Shown one piece after another: positions 39,800-48,352 of a DNA stretch of 64,000 nucleotides (positions within the stretch are counted from its first letter, which is position 1; the number at the start of each line of letters is the position of its first letter). The notes below the pieces were generated by a model. That model did not search any database. It saw only the letters and a program-made list of their open reading frames with translations, and was not told where the DNA came from. Source of the DNA: Acidimicrobiales bacterium (GTDB lineage: Bacteria; Actinomycetota; Acidimicrobiia; Acidimicrobiales; SZUA-35); assembly GCA_013003535.1 (NCBI GenBank), contig JABDIY010000009.1, positions 13,451 through 77,450 of the forward strand. Direction: 5' to 3'. Both the position numbers and the translations under genes were made by a program.

Positions 39800-41934
39800 C
39801 AGACTTTTTCCTCCGTCCAGAGCCAAGCTTCGATGAAGTGACCGTCAACGTTGAGCGATTCTGCTGGAACGAACGAGAATCGCTCTGCCAGCGAATCGGC
39901 GAGCCCTTTCTCCACCAGCAGCGTGCCGGGTGCCGCAGCATCGGCCAAACCAGCCGCATCGCTCACCGGATCGCCCCAGATCTCGAAGCTAATTTGGGTG
40001 CTTCCCACAATTCCCGCCTCGACATTCCCCGAGGCCACGCCGATCTGGAGCTCGAGGTTCCAATCATTGAATTTGCTCAGCGCTTCCAGTTTTGCATCGA
40101 GCGCTACCGCGAACTGCATGGCTCGTTGTCGTTGATCGAGCCGGGGCTCCAACAACCCACAGACGGCGATATAGGTGCTGCTGCCGCCCCTGATCTTCTC
40201 GACCCCGTTGGCGGCCGCCACCTCATCGAAGCTCCCGATCACCTCATCGAGCAGGTCCTTGGCGTCTTCCACGGAAGCTGTTCGTGCATAACGGCTGAAT
40301 CCGCTGAGGTTGGCCACGACCACAGCAACGTTGGGGTACTCGTCGACAACGTTGGTCTCTCCCTTGCTCACCCGCTCGGCGATCTGGGAGGGCATGAGGT
40401 TGAGTATCAGCGACTGCATTTCGGCGGTTTGTGCTTCGATGATATGGCTCTGTTCACGCATTCCGGAAACCATGTGATCGATCGACGCCGCCAGCTGGCC
40501 CACCTCGTCTCGACCCGACACAGGAACTTCGCTGTTCAGATCCCCCTTTGTCACACCGTCGGCCCACTCGATGAGCGCGGTGACCGGACGGATGAGTCGG
40601 GTGGCTATGGGCATGGCGAGTCCGGTGAGGAACAAGACGATCAAGCCGGTGGCAGCCAGAAGAGCCCGCTGAAGGCTGTTCACCGGTGCCTCCGCCTCCG
40701 ACAACGCTTGCTCAGAAATGATGGCCCAATCCAGACCGGCAGGGATATCCAGTGGTCCATAGCTACTGAGGGTGACCCCGCCGTGATATGTCTCGATCAC
40801 GTCGATCCCAACCTCGCCGGCCAGCCCACGCTGGGCGGCGGCGGTTCGAACCACTTGACGAAGGACGGTATTTCCGCTCGCCACGGTGTCGGACCCGTCC
40901 TCCGATCCCGTCGCATCGATCGCAGCGCGGAACGCGGTGGGGTCCTCGACCAGCAACCGGGACTGCGATCGCATCATCAGATCCGAGCCCACCAGGTAGG
41001 CCTCCCCGGTCTCACCAAAGCCAGCTTCTTCCCAGTTCCCGTCGGCCGTCATCACCGAATCGATTTGGTCGACAGGGATTTGGAACGCCAGAACACCCAA
41101 GAGGCTTTGATCAACCGGGTTGAATATCGGTGCCGCGAGAAAAGCCACTGGGGCATCCAGGGAGGGCCGGTAGAACCCGTAGTCGGAGAAGGTGACAAAA
41201 CCGGGAACGGGATTTCGTAGAACCTGTTCCACCAGTTCGGCCAGCGAAGTACGGCCCCATGGGCCGGACGAAAGGCTCGTTGCGAAGTCGACGTGCTTCT
41301 CGACCGTGTAGACGATGCGCTTGGTGTTCGGTTCGATGATGTAGATGTCGCCGTAACCGAATCGATCGGCAAAAGTTCTCAGCGAGGGGTGATAGCGGGA
41401 ATGGACGCGGCTGTAGAACGAGCCGTCATCGGCTTCATCGATGGCCCGCCGCCTCAATGCAGCATTGTCGATCGTGTAGAAGTGCTGGAGGTGAACCGCC
41501 ACCGGATCCGTTGGTATGTACTGCTCGGCTTTGAGCTCCGCAGTTCTCGCGTCAGCTGGCAAACGGACCAAGAAATCCTCATAAAACGTTTGGCTGGACT
41601 CGGTCCAAACGGGATCGGGAGTTTGTCCAGCCAGCTGTTCGGCTGCAACGGCGAACTCGGCCGCTGCCGTCGCCATGCTCCGGTCCTGACTTAGCGTGGC
41701 CGCCTGGTCCTCCACCAACTGAAGATAGCGCTCGATCAGTTCGGCACGGGTCTCGCGCTGCGCTACCAAATCGTCCTCTACCAGCTCGCTGATCGCCCGC
41801 TGGCCCCGCTGAAAACTGATCACTCCTACGACCAGAACAGAGATGATCGCAACGCCCAAGACCGTTATCAACAGTTTGGACTTCACACTGAGATGTCTGA
41901 TCACCAGCTTGATAGTACTGCGACGGGAAATCAT
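39799..41934 (-). CDS. membrane receptor: extracytoplasmic Cache-like sensor, HAMP, degenerate class III cyclase-homology domain
   Basis: Two TM helices flank a ~300-aa sensor. HAMP (DEVGQLAASIDHM). The CHD aligns with Rv1625c but the catalytic residues are replaced. Possible starts at 41973 (GTG), 41934 (ATG) and 41886 (GTG). Confidence 0.8.
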   Translation of the reverse strand: MISRRSTIKLVIRHLSVKSKLLITVLGVAIISVLVVGVISFQRGQRAISELVEDDLVAQRETRAELIERYLQLVEDQAATLSQDRSMATAAAEFAVAAEQLAGQTPDPVWTESSQTFYEDFLVRLPADARTAELKAEQYIPTDPVAVHLQHFYTIDNAALRRRAIDEADDGSFYSRVHSRYHPSLRTFADRFGYGDIYIIEPNTKRIVYTVEKHVDFATSLSSGPWGRTSLAELVEQVLRNPVPGFVTFSDYGFYRPSLDAPVAFLAAPIFNPVDQSLLGVLAFQIPVDQIDSVMTADGNWEEAGFGETGEAYLVGSDLMMRSQSRLLVEDPTAFRAAIDATGSEDGSDTVASGNTVLRQVVRTAAAQRGLAGEVGIDVIETYHGGVTLSSYGPLDIPAGLDWAIISEQALSEAEAPVNSLQRALLAATGLIVLFLTGLAMPIATRLIRPVTALIEWADGVTKGDLNSEVPVSGRDEVGQLAASIDHMVSGMREQSHIIEAQTAEMQSLILNLMPSQIAERVSKGETNVVDEYPNVAVVVANLSGFSRYARTASVEDAKDLLDEVIGSFDEVAAANGVEKIRGGSSTYIAVCGLLEPRLDQRQRAMQFAVALDAKLEALSKFNDWNLELQIGVASGNVEAGIVGSTQISFEIWGDPVSDAAGLADAAAPGTLLVEKGLADSLAERFSFVPAESLNVDGHFIEAWLWTEEKV

Positions 41935-42946
41935 GGGCGGCAACAACCGACGCCTGATCCCATTGTGCTTCACTATTCAGATCGACCCCATCTCAGCCTC
42001 TGCAACCCGTGCCGGTCTGCTTTCACTTCTCGGATTGCTCGTCGTCGGCCTGTGCGTCGTGGCATTACCAGGCCTTCTTTCTGACGACGATCAGGCGGGA
42101 AATTCTGTCCCCGCCCAGACAGCCAGCACATTCACGAGCACCCAATCGACAGATCCTCAGAACGGTCCTTCAACAACATTGCTGGCCACAGCTCGGATTA
42201 GTGCTGAGGGAATCGTGCTCGACGGCCTGGTATCGACCGAAGGCCAGCGAGATGCTCTCGTGGATGCGGCGCGTCGCCGCGTGGGTCCGGCACTTGTCGA
42301 GGACCAACTCGCGGTGGCAACGGGCCTGACCTCCTCGGAAGGACGCGACAACGGCGTGGTTGCTCTCCAGAGCTTCATTACGGGTGTACCGGACGGGGTG
42401 ACCGTGGCCGCCACTACATCGGTAGATCAGCTATCGGTTGTCGGCGAGGCGACCGACGCTGTAGCAGCGGCCGGCGTTGAGCGGGCCCTCACAACCGCTA
42501 TCGCCAGTTCCCCCGGAATGGAGAGCACGAACACCGTTGAAGTTCCGCCGCCGCCACCCCCCACCGAAGCCGAACTTCGAGCCGCCGCCCAAGATGAACT
42601 GACCAACTTGAATACCCTGCTCGCCGCTGAGGTCCTCTTTGCCACCAGCTCGAACGAACCGACCGAAGAATTCAAGGCGCTCTTGGACCGGGTGCCGGAT
42701 CTGCTGACCCGCCATCCGTCAGTAACGGTCGAGATCGTGGGCCACACCGACGACCGGGGATCTGAAGGCGGCAATCAGAAACTCAGCGATCAACGGGCGC
42801 GGGCAGCTGTGGACTACCTGGTGACAGTTGGGGTGGACCCGGCCCGGCTCAGCTCCAGGGGCGCCGGCGAAAGCGAACCGATCGCCACCAACTCAACTCG
42901 CGACGGGCGCGCCGCCAATCGCCGGGTCGAGCTCGTCGCCCGCTGA
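41933..42946 (+). CDS. OmpA/MotB-domain protein with an N-terminal TM anchor
   Basis: C-terminal VEIVGHTDDRGSEGGNQKLSDQRA...NRRVELV peptidoglycan-binding domain. Start uncertain (ATG 41933 or TTG 41963). Confidence 0.75.
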   Translation: MGGNNRRLIPLCFTIQIDPISASATRAGLLSLLGLLVVGLCVVALPGLLSDDDQAGNSVPAQTASTFTSTQSTDPQNGPSTTLLATARISAEGIVLDGLVSTEGQRDALVDAARRRVGPALVEDQLAVATGLTSSEGRDNGVVALQSFITGVPDGVTVAATTSVDQLSVVGEATDAVAAAGVERALTTAIASSPGMESTNTVEVPPPPPPTEAELRAAAQDELTNLNTLLAAEVLFATSSNEPTEEFKALLDRVPDLLTRHPSVTVEIVGHTDDRGSEGGNQKLSDQRARAAVDYLVTVGVDPARLSSRGAGESEPIATNSTRDGRAANRRVELVAR

Positions 42947-43001
42947 CGCCACTCCACTTCGATGCCGGCGCCCCATCCCCACATTGTGACTACCGCTTTC
43001 G

Positions 43002-43724
43002 TCAGGGTTGGGTGAGTGCAGTGAGCGCAGCCTCGATCATCGTGTCCACGGCATCCACCACTACTGAGCGATGGGGGTCATACCCCTCCATCGACTCGTC
43101 GCTTGTTGCAAGCGGGTTCCCATCGACGGCCAGAATCGCCCCCGCTTCAACCGAAGCCAGCGATGCCGCAACAAACAGTGCGGCGCACTCCATCTCTACT
43201 GCCACACAGTTGGCTCGCTGCCACAATGGAAGATTGGATCCCAGCACCTCGGAGGGGTAAAAGACATCACTCGTGAGCACGATGCCAAGATGGGCCGATG
43301 GGACGGCTGAAAACAACCGCGCTGTGACGGCAGGATGGGCGACCGCCGGATACTCCAGTGGCGCTACTCCCCTGCTGTAACCGTCGCCGCGTACAGCCCC
43401 GGTGGCGATCACGAGGTCGCCATCGGTCACGCTGGCCTGGAGACCTCCACACGTGCCGGCCCTGATGATCCGGGTGGCTCCGGCTTTGATCACTTCACTG
43501 AAACAGGCGCCCGCGCCGGCCGATCCAACGCCATGGCTGACCACCACAACCGCTGACCCATTCCAGGTGCCCGAAAAGCTGTGGTATTCGCGGTTCGCAG
43601 CGATGGGTTTCCCCGCCGTGAGGCGAGAGGCCACCTTCTCTGCTCGGGCGGGATCGCCGACCACGAGTACTGCAGAGGGGAGGCCGCTGACCGGTAGACC
43701 GGTGATGGGGAACGATGTACTCAC
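43002..43724 (-). CDS. nucleoside phosphorylase, PNP/UDP-1 family
   Basis: VLVVGDPARA...SHGVGSAGA...RAGTCGG...VEMECAALF. Confidence 0.8.
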   Translation of the reverse strand: MSTSFPITGLPVSGLPSAVLVVGDPARAEKVASRLTAGKPIAANREYHSFSGTWNGSAVVVVSHGVGSAGAGACFSEVIKAGATRIIRAGTCGGLQASVTDGDLVIATGAVRGDGYSRGVAPLEYPAVAHPAVTARLFSAVPSAHLGIVLTSDVFYPSEVLGSNLPLWQRANCVAVEMECAALFVAASLASVEAGAILAVDGNPLATSDESMEGYDPHRSVVVDAVDTMIEAALTALTQP

Positions 43725-43751
43725 ATTGGCAATGTAGAGGCGGCAGTGGCC

Positions 43752-44729
43752 TCACGGATAGGGCCAGCCGTTGGCTGAGCAGCCGTGGAGGCTCTTGGTC
43801 TGTTGTTGCATGACCGGGGCGGGTCCGCTCCCAGGGCAGCTTTGGTGGCCAAGACCCAAGAAATGGCCGACCTCGTGATTTATGACGTACGCCCGATATT
43901 CCGACAACGGCGCAGTCCAGTGTTCCACTGCACCGTTCCAACGGTCGACGTTGATGTTGATGTTCCGTCCGTTCCGACAGGAGAGCGTGCCGTTGGTGCG
44001 CAGTGGAGCGCAGCGCCGGTCCACCGTGGCTGGAGATGCGATCAGAATGGCGATATCCGAACGCTGATCGTCGTCGGTCCGCCGCAGCCTGAGGTCGAAT
44101 CGAGCTATCCAACTCCGGTGATCGGCCAGGATTGATTGCACCTCGAGCGTTGTTTGGTCAGTGGGAAGGCCCAACCCGGCTTCTACGGTCACCGAGAACG
44201 ATGTCACCGGGCCGGTTCCGAACCCGAAGGTGAACGGATCGAGATCAGCGGGCTCCCCCAGGAAACTATATGTTCGGACGAACTCTGGTCCGGCGGCGAA
44301 ATAGCGCATCACAGCTCCGCGCGTAAGAGCTCCAGTCGAGAGCAGATCCTGCCAGTAGGACAGGCCACTGCTATCGGGCTCTCGAAACAGGACATTCCGG
44401 TAGACGAGGTTGAGGAACTCGCCGTCGCTCGGCTGACCGTAGCGGTTCTGAAACTCTGGTGACGTCGCAAAGAACTGGGCGATCTCGTCGATGCTGGACC
44501 CTGCGTTGTTGATCTCGATCCAATACCGGGCACCAGAGAGGTCTGGATGACGTTCAAAGAATGCGAAATACAAGCGGAGAACGTCAGCGTTCGAGGCGCG
44601 AAAGAATTCAGAACTGGTGATCTGGTCCAATTCCGATGGGGTGGCGGCAACGGGGGCGGTGCCGTGATTGGTTGAACCAACGACTGCCAATCCCACGCAA
44701 ACGACCACCTTGCGCAGGGTCCCGAACAT
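43752..44729 (-). CDS. secreted DUF4214 domain protein fused to a metzincin-type zinc protease domain (DUF3152-like)
   Basis: Signal peptide, one DUF4214 repeat, then C-terminal HEVGHFLGLGH plus PVMQQQ (Met-turn-like). Confidence 0.7.
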   Translation of the reverse strand: MFGTLRKVVVCVGLAVVGSTNHGTAPVAATPSELDQITSSEFFRASNADVLRLYFAFFERHPDLSGARYWIEINNAGSSIDEIAQFFATSPEFQNRYGQPSDGEFLNLVYRNVLFREPDSSGLSYWQDLLSTGALTRGAVMRYFAAGPEFVRTYSFLGEPADLDPFTFGFGTGPVTSFSVTVEAGLGLPTDQTTLEVQSILADHRSWIARFDLRLRRTDDDQRSDIAILIASPATVDRRCAPLRTNGTLSCRNGRNININVDRWNGAVEHWTAPLSEYRAYVINHEVGHFLGLGHQSCPGSGPAPVMQQQTKSLHGCSANGWPYP

Positions 44730-44805
44730 CGTCCAACACTAGTTCCGGGCGACGCCCACCTCGGGTTTCTGAACGTTGCCTTCAGCGCGCCGGATCTGAA
44801 CGTGC

Positions 44806-46956
44806 TCAGAATGATCGAAGCGTGAACGGAAGAACGGGGCCCGAACCGGCGTGGACCAGAGCGTTGGCGGCAACCGCCAACGTCCAGCGGCTTATGCTCT
44901 CGTCGTCGATGAGAAGAACCGGTCCCAGCGGCAGCTGCGAGGCCAACTCGGGAGTGGCCCGGATGCGGGCCAACGCATTGTGGGCCTGGTGGGCAGAATT
45001 GGACATCTCGCTTTGGAATGGGAGGTCGTGGTCTATTTGGGTCAACGCCCGGTGAATCGGCAGCTTTCCCAGCGAACCCAAGGCGTCGGCGACGGCGTCG
45101 ATCACGGGTTGACGCCGACGCGACGGCATAGGACAGATCCAGGTTGGTCGCTGGTCCCAATTCCAGCGCTTCAAAATGCTGGCGCACGCCCGGGCCATCT
45201 CGGTACTCACCTCCACCGGCTCCCCAGACTCGGCAGCATCGATCAGCTGTTGCACCAGCGGGTTCCAGCCACCGTCGCCCAACCGGGCGAGAGCTCTGCC
45301 GACACCAGCGCGATAGTCCGCCTTGATGGTGCCCTTCACACCAGGGACGCCGGTTGGCCACTGTTTACGGGGTTCGATGATCACGTCGGCTCCCCGAAGA
45401 ACGTCCGCAGCCTCCGCTACCTTGATCTGGTCTGGCGGGGACTGCCACGAGTGATTCGTGCACTGATCACAACGCCCGCAGTCCGCAGCTTCGGAATCGT
45501 CAAGCGACTCTCGGAGGTAACGAAGGCGGCAGCCATCACGCGACGCCCAATGCAGCATCTGATTGGCCTCATCCCGCCGCAGTTCACGGCGAAGTTCGGC
45601 CGCCTCGGCGTTGTAGACCCACGGCTCACCAGTGCGGACCCAGCCACCAGGCACCCGCTCTACCGCCCCGTCAACGTCGAGAATGCTGAGAAGTATCCCC
45701 AAGCGGCTGCGGCCGAGGTTGGCGGCGACTTCGAGCTGACCGATGGACGTGGGCTCCACGGAGTGGAGGTTGTCCAAAACCGCGAAGCAGATGTCTTCAG
45801 GCGGTAAGGAAACCGACTCGAACCAGCGCCACACCTGGGCATCTTCTTGGGGGCGCGGGACAGCGATCACCTCGGCGGTGCTGATCGCCCGCCCGGCCCG
45901 CCCGATCTGCTGGTAGTACGCCACGGGGGATGGTGGCAGCCCGAGATGGATACAAAAAGCCATGTCGCCCTTGTCGAACCCCATCCCCAGTGCGGACGTA
46001 GCCACAAGGGCTTTGAGCTGGTTTGATCGAAGTTGATCTTCCAGCTCCAGCCGCCGGGCTGGTTCGACACCCCCGGAGTAGGCCGCCGCCGCGATCCCGA
46101 CCGAACCGAGCCATTTGGCGGTGGTCTCAGCTTGGGCAACGGTGAGGCAGTACACGATCCCGGAGCCATTGAGCGATGGCAACGTCTGGGCCAACCAGGC
46201 CAAGCGGTGGGCGTCGTCAGGGAGATCGACCACCGAAAGGTGGAGTGACGCTCGATCGAGCGAAGTCCGCAGCACAAAAGTGTCCTGGCCCAGCTGGCTG
46301 GCCACGTCGTCGGTCACCCTCTGATTGGCGGTAGCCGTAGTGGCCAGTACCGGTGTGGATGAGGGGAGATCGTTGAGCAGGGTTCGCAACCGCCGGTAGT
46401 CGGGACGGAAATCGTGCCCCCAGTCTGAGATGCAGTGGGCCTCATCACACACGAGGGCAAAAGGACGGGATCGAACGGTGGAAAAGACCCGCTCGCGGAA
46501 TCGATCGTTGGCCAGCCGTTCCGGGGAGATCAGGAGAAGATCGACCTGGTCGGCGATCACCGTTCGTTCGATCTCGGACCAAGATTCAAGGTTGGACGAG
46601 TTGATGCTGACCGCCCGTAGGCCCAGCAGTTCTGCGGCGGCGACCTGATCTCGCATCAGGGCCAGCAGCGGCGACACCACCACAGTTGGCCCCCAGCCTC
46701 GGTCCCTGAGGATCCGGGTTGCAGAAAAGTAGACCGCTGATTTTCCGAAGCCGGTTCGAGCTACCAGCAGCGTGCGCCGTCCGTCTACCAACATTGCCCC
46801 AAGTGCGGCGAGTTGCTCAGGGCGGGGTTCCGCATCGATGCCGGCCAACACTTTTACGTGCTGGGCAAACTCCTCCTCCACTTCTTCCCCCGTCGGGAGG
46901 GAGGGGTGTTGGGACGAGGGGGAAGAAGTGGAGGAGTCGGTCATTGAGGGGGCCAT
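44806..46956 (-). CDS. RecQ-like DNA helicase of the RqlH type (helicase core, 4-Cys zinc module, ComF/PRTase-like C-terminal domain)
   Basis: ARTGFGKS, DEAH (VCDEAHCISDWGHDFRPDY), QQIGRAGR, CRLRYL...CGRCDQC. C-terminal VLLIDDESISRWT resembles a PRTase fold. Confidence 0.85.
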   Translation of the reverse strand: MAPSMTDSSTSSPSSQHPSLPTGEEVEEEFAQHVKVLAGIDAEPRPEQLAALGAMLVDGRRTLLVARTGFGKSAVYFSATRILRDRGWGPTVVVSPLLALMRDQVAAAELLGLRAVSINSSNLESWSEIERTVIADQVDLLLISPERLANDRFRERVFSTVRSRPFALVCDEAHCISDWGHDFRPDYRRLRTLLNDLPSSTPVLATTATANQRVTDDVASQLGQDTFVLRTSLDRASLHLSVVDLPDDAHRLAWLAQTLPSLNGSGIVYCLTVAQAETTAKWLGSVGIAAAAYSGGVEPARRLELEDQLRSNQLKALVATSALGMGFDKGDMAFCIHLGLPPSPVAYYQQIGRAGRAISTAEVIAVPRPQEDAQVWRWFESVSLPPEDICFAVLDNLHSVEPTSIGQLEVAANLGRSRLGILLSILDVDGAVERVPGGWVRTGEPWVYNAEAAELRRELRRDEANQMLHWASRDGCRLRYLRESLDDSEAADCGRCDQCTNHSWQSPPDQIKVAEAADVLRGADVIIEPRKQWPTGVPGVKGTIKADYRAGVGRALARLGDGGWNPLVQQLIDAAESGEPVEVSTEMARACASILKRWNWDQRPTWICPMPSRRRQPVIDAVADALGSLGKLPIHRALTQIDHDLPFQSEMSNSAHQAHNALARIRATPELASQLPLGPVLLIDDESISRWTLAVAANALVHAGSGPVLPFTLRSF

Positions 46957-46965
46957 GAAGCAACG

Positions 46966-48258
46966 CTAGTCAGAGGTTGTGACAGCGGCCTCGTAGATCA
47001 CGTCGTCCACGGATCTGTCAACCTCGATTACGCCGAACCCGTCGCCGCCGTCGATGGTCAAGACCGGGCCGTCTTCGATTTCGTGGTTGAAGACGGCTTT
47101 GGTGCCATCAGCTACTCGGATCGTTTCGTCGCCTTCGAGCAGAAGAAGTTGCCTGCCGGAGGGGATGACCTCTACTCGATATGCGTTCGGCAGATTCAGC
47201 TCAATTATTCCAGCTCCCAGGTCAACCGGATAGGTGTAGTCCTCGCTGAGATCGAGACCTCTGAAATCAAGTCCCACGTGCCCCACCCCGAACCCAACCT
47301 CAGGGACTGGAGGACCCTCGGGGCTATCCACCGAGTCGATCTGGAGAGACACCGATCCAAACCCGTCATCGATGGATGAACCTATGACGGCCGCCCCGAT
47401 CACCAGCAGCAGGGAGAGAATGCTGGCGGGAATCAACGCCCAGGCCGGCCGACGAAAGAAGAGGCTGGCTATGAATCCAAAGACCGAGAATCCTAGGAAC
47501 ACCGCAGCGAACGCGATCACACCAACTCCCGAGCTGGTGATCAACATCAAAACACAGACCAACAATGCAGCACCCAGGGCCGCCGAGGTGATCGGTGCCC
47601 GGCGGCGTCGGCTCCGTGTGACAACGTCGGCCTCGGACTTGGCAAGGGCCCAGTGTTCGGGCTCGTGGGCCATCGACGCAACCGGGTCGGACCATGCTTC
47701 GCCAGTCATGAGGCGTTCAGCCTCGATCAACAGCGGATCTCGATCGTCATCAACCGGCGCCCCGGGCGCGGCTGGTGGTGGCGGTGGGGCCACCGACGCC
47801 GAGCCAGCGGGGCGTTCAGCTTTTGGGTACTGCCCTCCCAGAGCCTTGCGGGAATCGTTGTCCTGCATGAGCAAATAGACGCCACCGCCCACGAGCGCAG
47901 CAGGAAGGAGTAAGCCGAGGGAAATGGTGGCCGTCCCGCTGATGGCACCGATGGCGAACAGGGCGAAGATGCCGCCGGCGATCAGCCGGGCAGGGTTTTC
48001 AGAGAATGCCAAGGTGTCCAATCGGGGATCGTCCTCGTCGGGAATGGCCAACCATGCCGCGATGTAGGCCAGGAAACCGGCGCCACCGAAGAGGAGGCTC
48101 ACGACGAGTGCGATGCGGATCCACTTGGTCTCAATGCCAAAATAGTTGCCGAGACCTTTGGCGACGCCGGCAACCGAGCCGGAGTTACTGCGCCGAAGCC
48201 GTTTCGGAGACGCTGCGGGATAGCCGGTGGGTGTTGAGGATTCAGTAGATGTTGTCAT
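46966..48258 (-). CDS. PspC-domain membrane protein
   Basis: LRRSNSGSVAGVAKGLGNYFGIETKWIRIALVV...AWLAIPDE is a PspC domain, followed by multiple TM helices. Confidence 0.8.
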   Translation of the reverse strand: MTTSTESSTPTGYPAASPKRLRRSNSGSVAGVAKGLGNYFGIETKWIRIALVVSLLFGGAGFLAYIAAWLAIPDEDDPRLDTLAFSENPARLIAGGIFALFAIGAISGTATISLGLLLPAALVGGGVYLLMQDNDSRKALGGQYPKAERPAGSASVAPPPPPAAPGAPVDDDRDPLLIEAERLMTGEAWSDPVASMAHEPEHWALAKSEADVVTRSRRRRAPITSAALGAALLVCVLMLITSSGVGVIAFAAVFLGFSVFGFIASLFFRRPAWALIPASILSLLLVIGAAVIGSSIDDGFGSVSLQIDSVDSPEGPPVPEVGFGVGHVGLDFRGLDLSEDYTYPVDLGAGIIELNLPNAYRVEVIPSGRQLLLLEGDETIRVADGTKAVFNHEIEDGPVLTIDGGDGFGVIEVDRSVDDVIYEAAVTTSD

Positions 48259-48313
48259 GCATTTATCCTCCTCTTAGCGCCAGCAGCCGGGGATCGGGAA
48301 GTTCCTTGATCCG

Positions 48314-48343
48314 ACCCTGAGCTCATCAGGGTGTACTCAGGGT
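48314..48343. promoter_or_regulatory. heptamer array ACCCTGA-n5-TCAGGGT-n4-TCAGGGT in the divergent PspC / kinase promoter region
   Basis: Exact heptamers at 48314..48320 (inverted), 48326..48332 and 48337..48343. Confidence 0.4.
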
Positions 48344-48352
48344 AGAACCCCG

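Noticed and set aside
39784-41220. 478-aa ORF antisense to the receptor/CHD gene
   Set aside because: Low-complexity Arg/Gly/His/Pro-rich translation. The minus-strand product has coherent TM-Cache-HAMP-CHD architecture.
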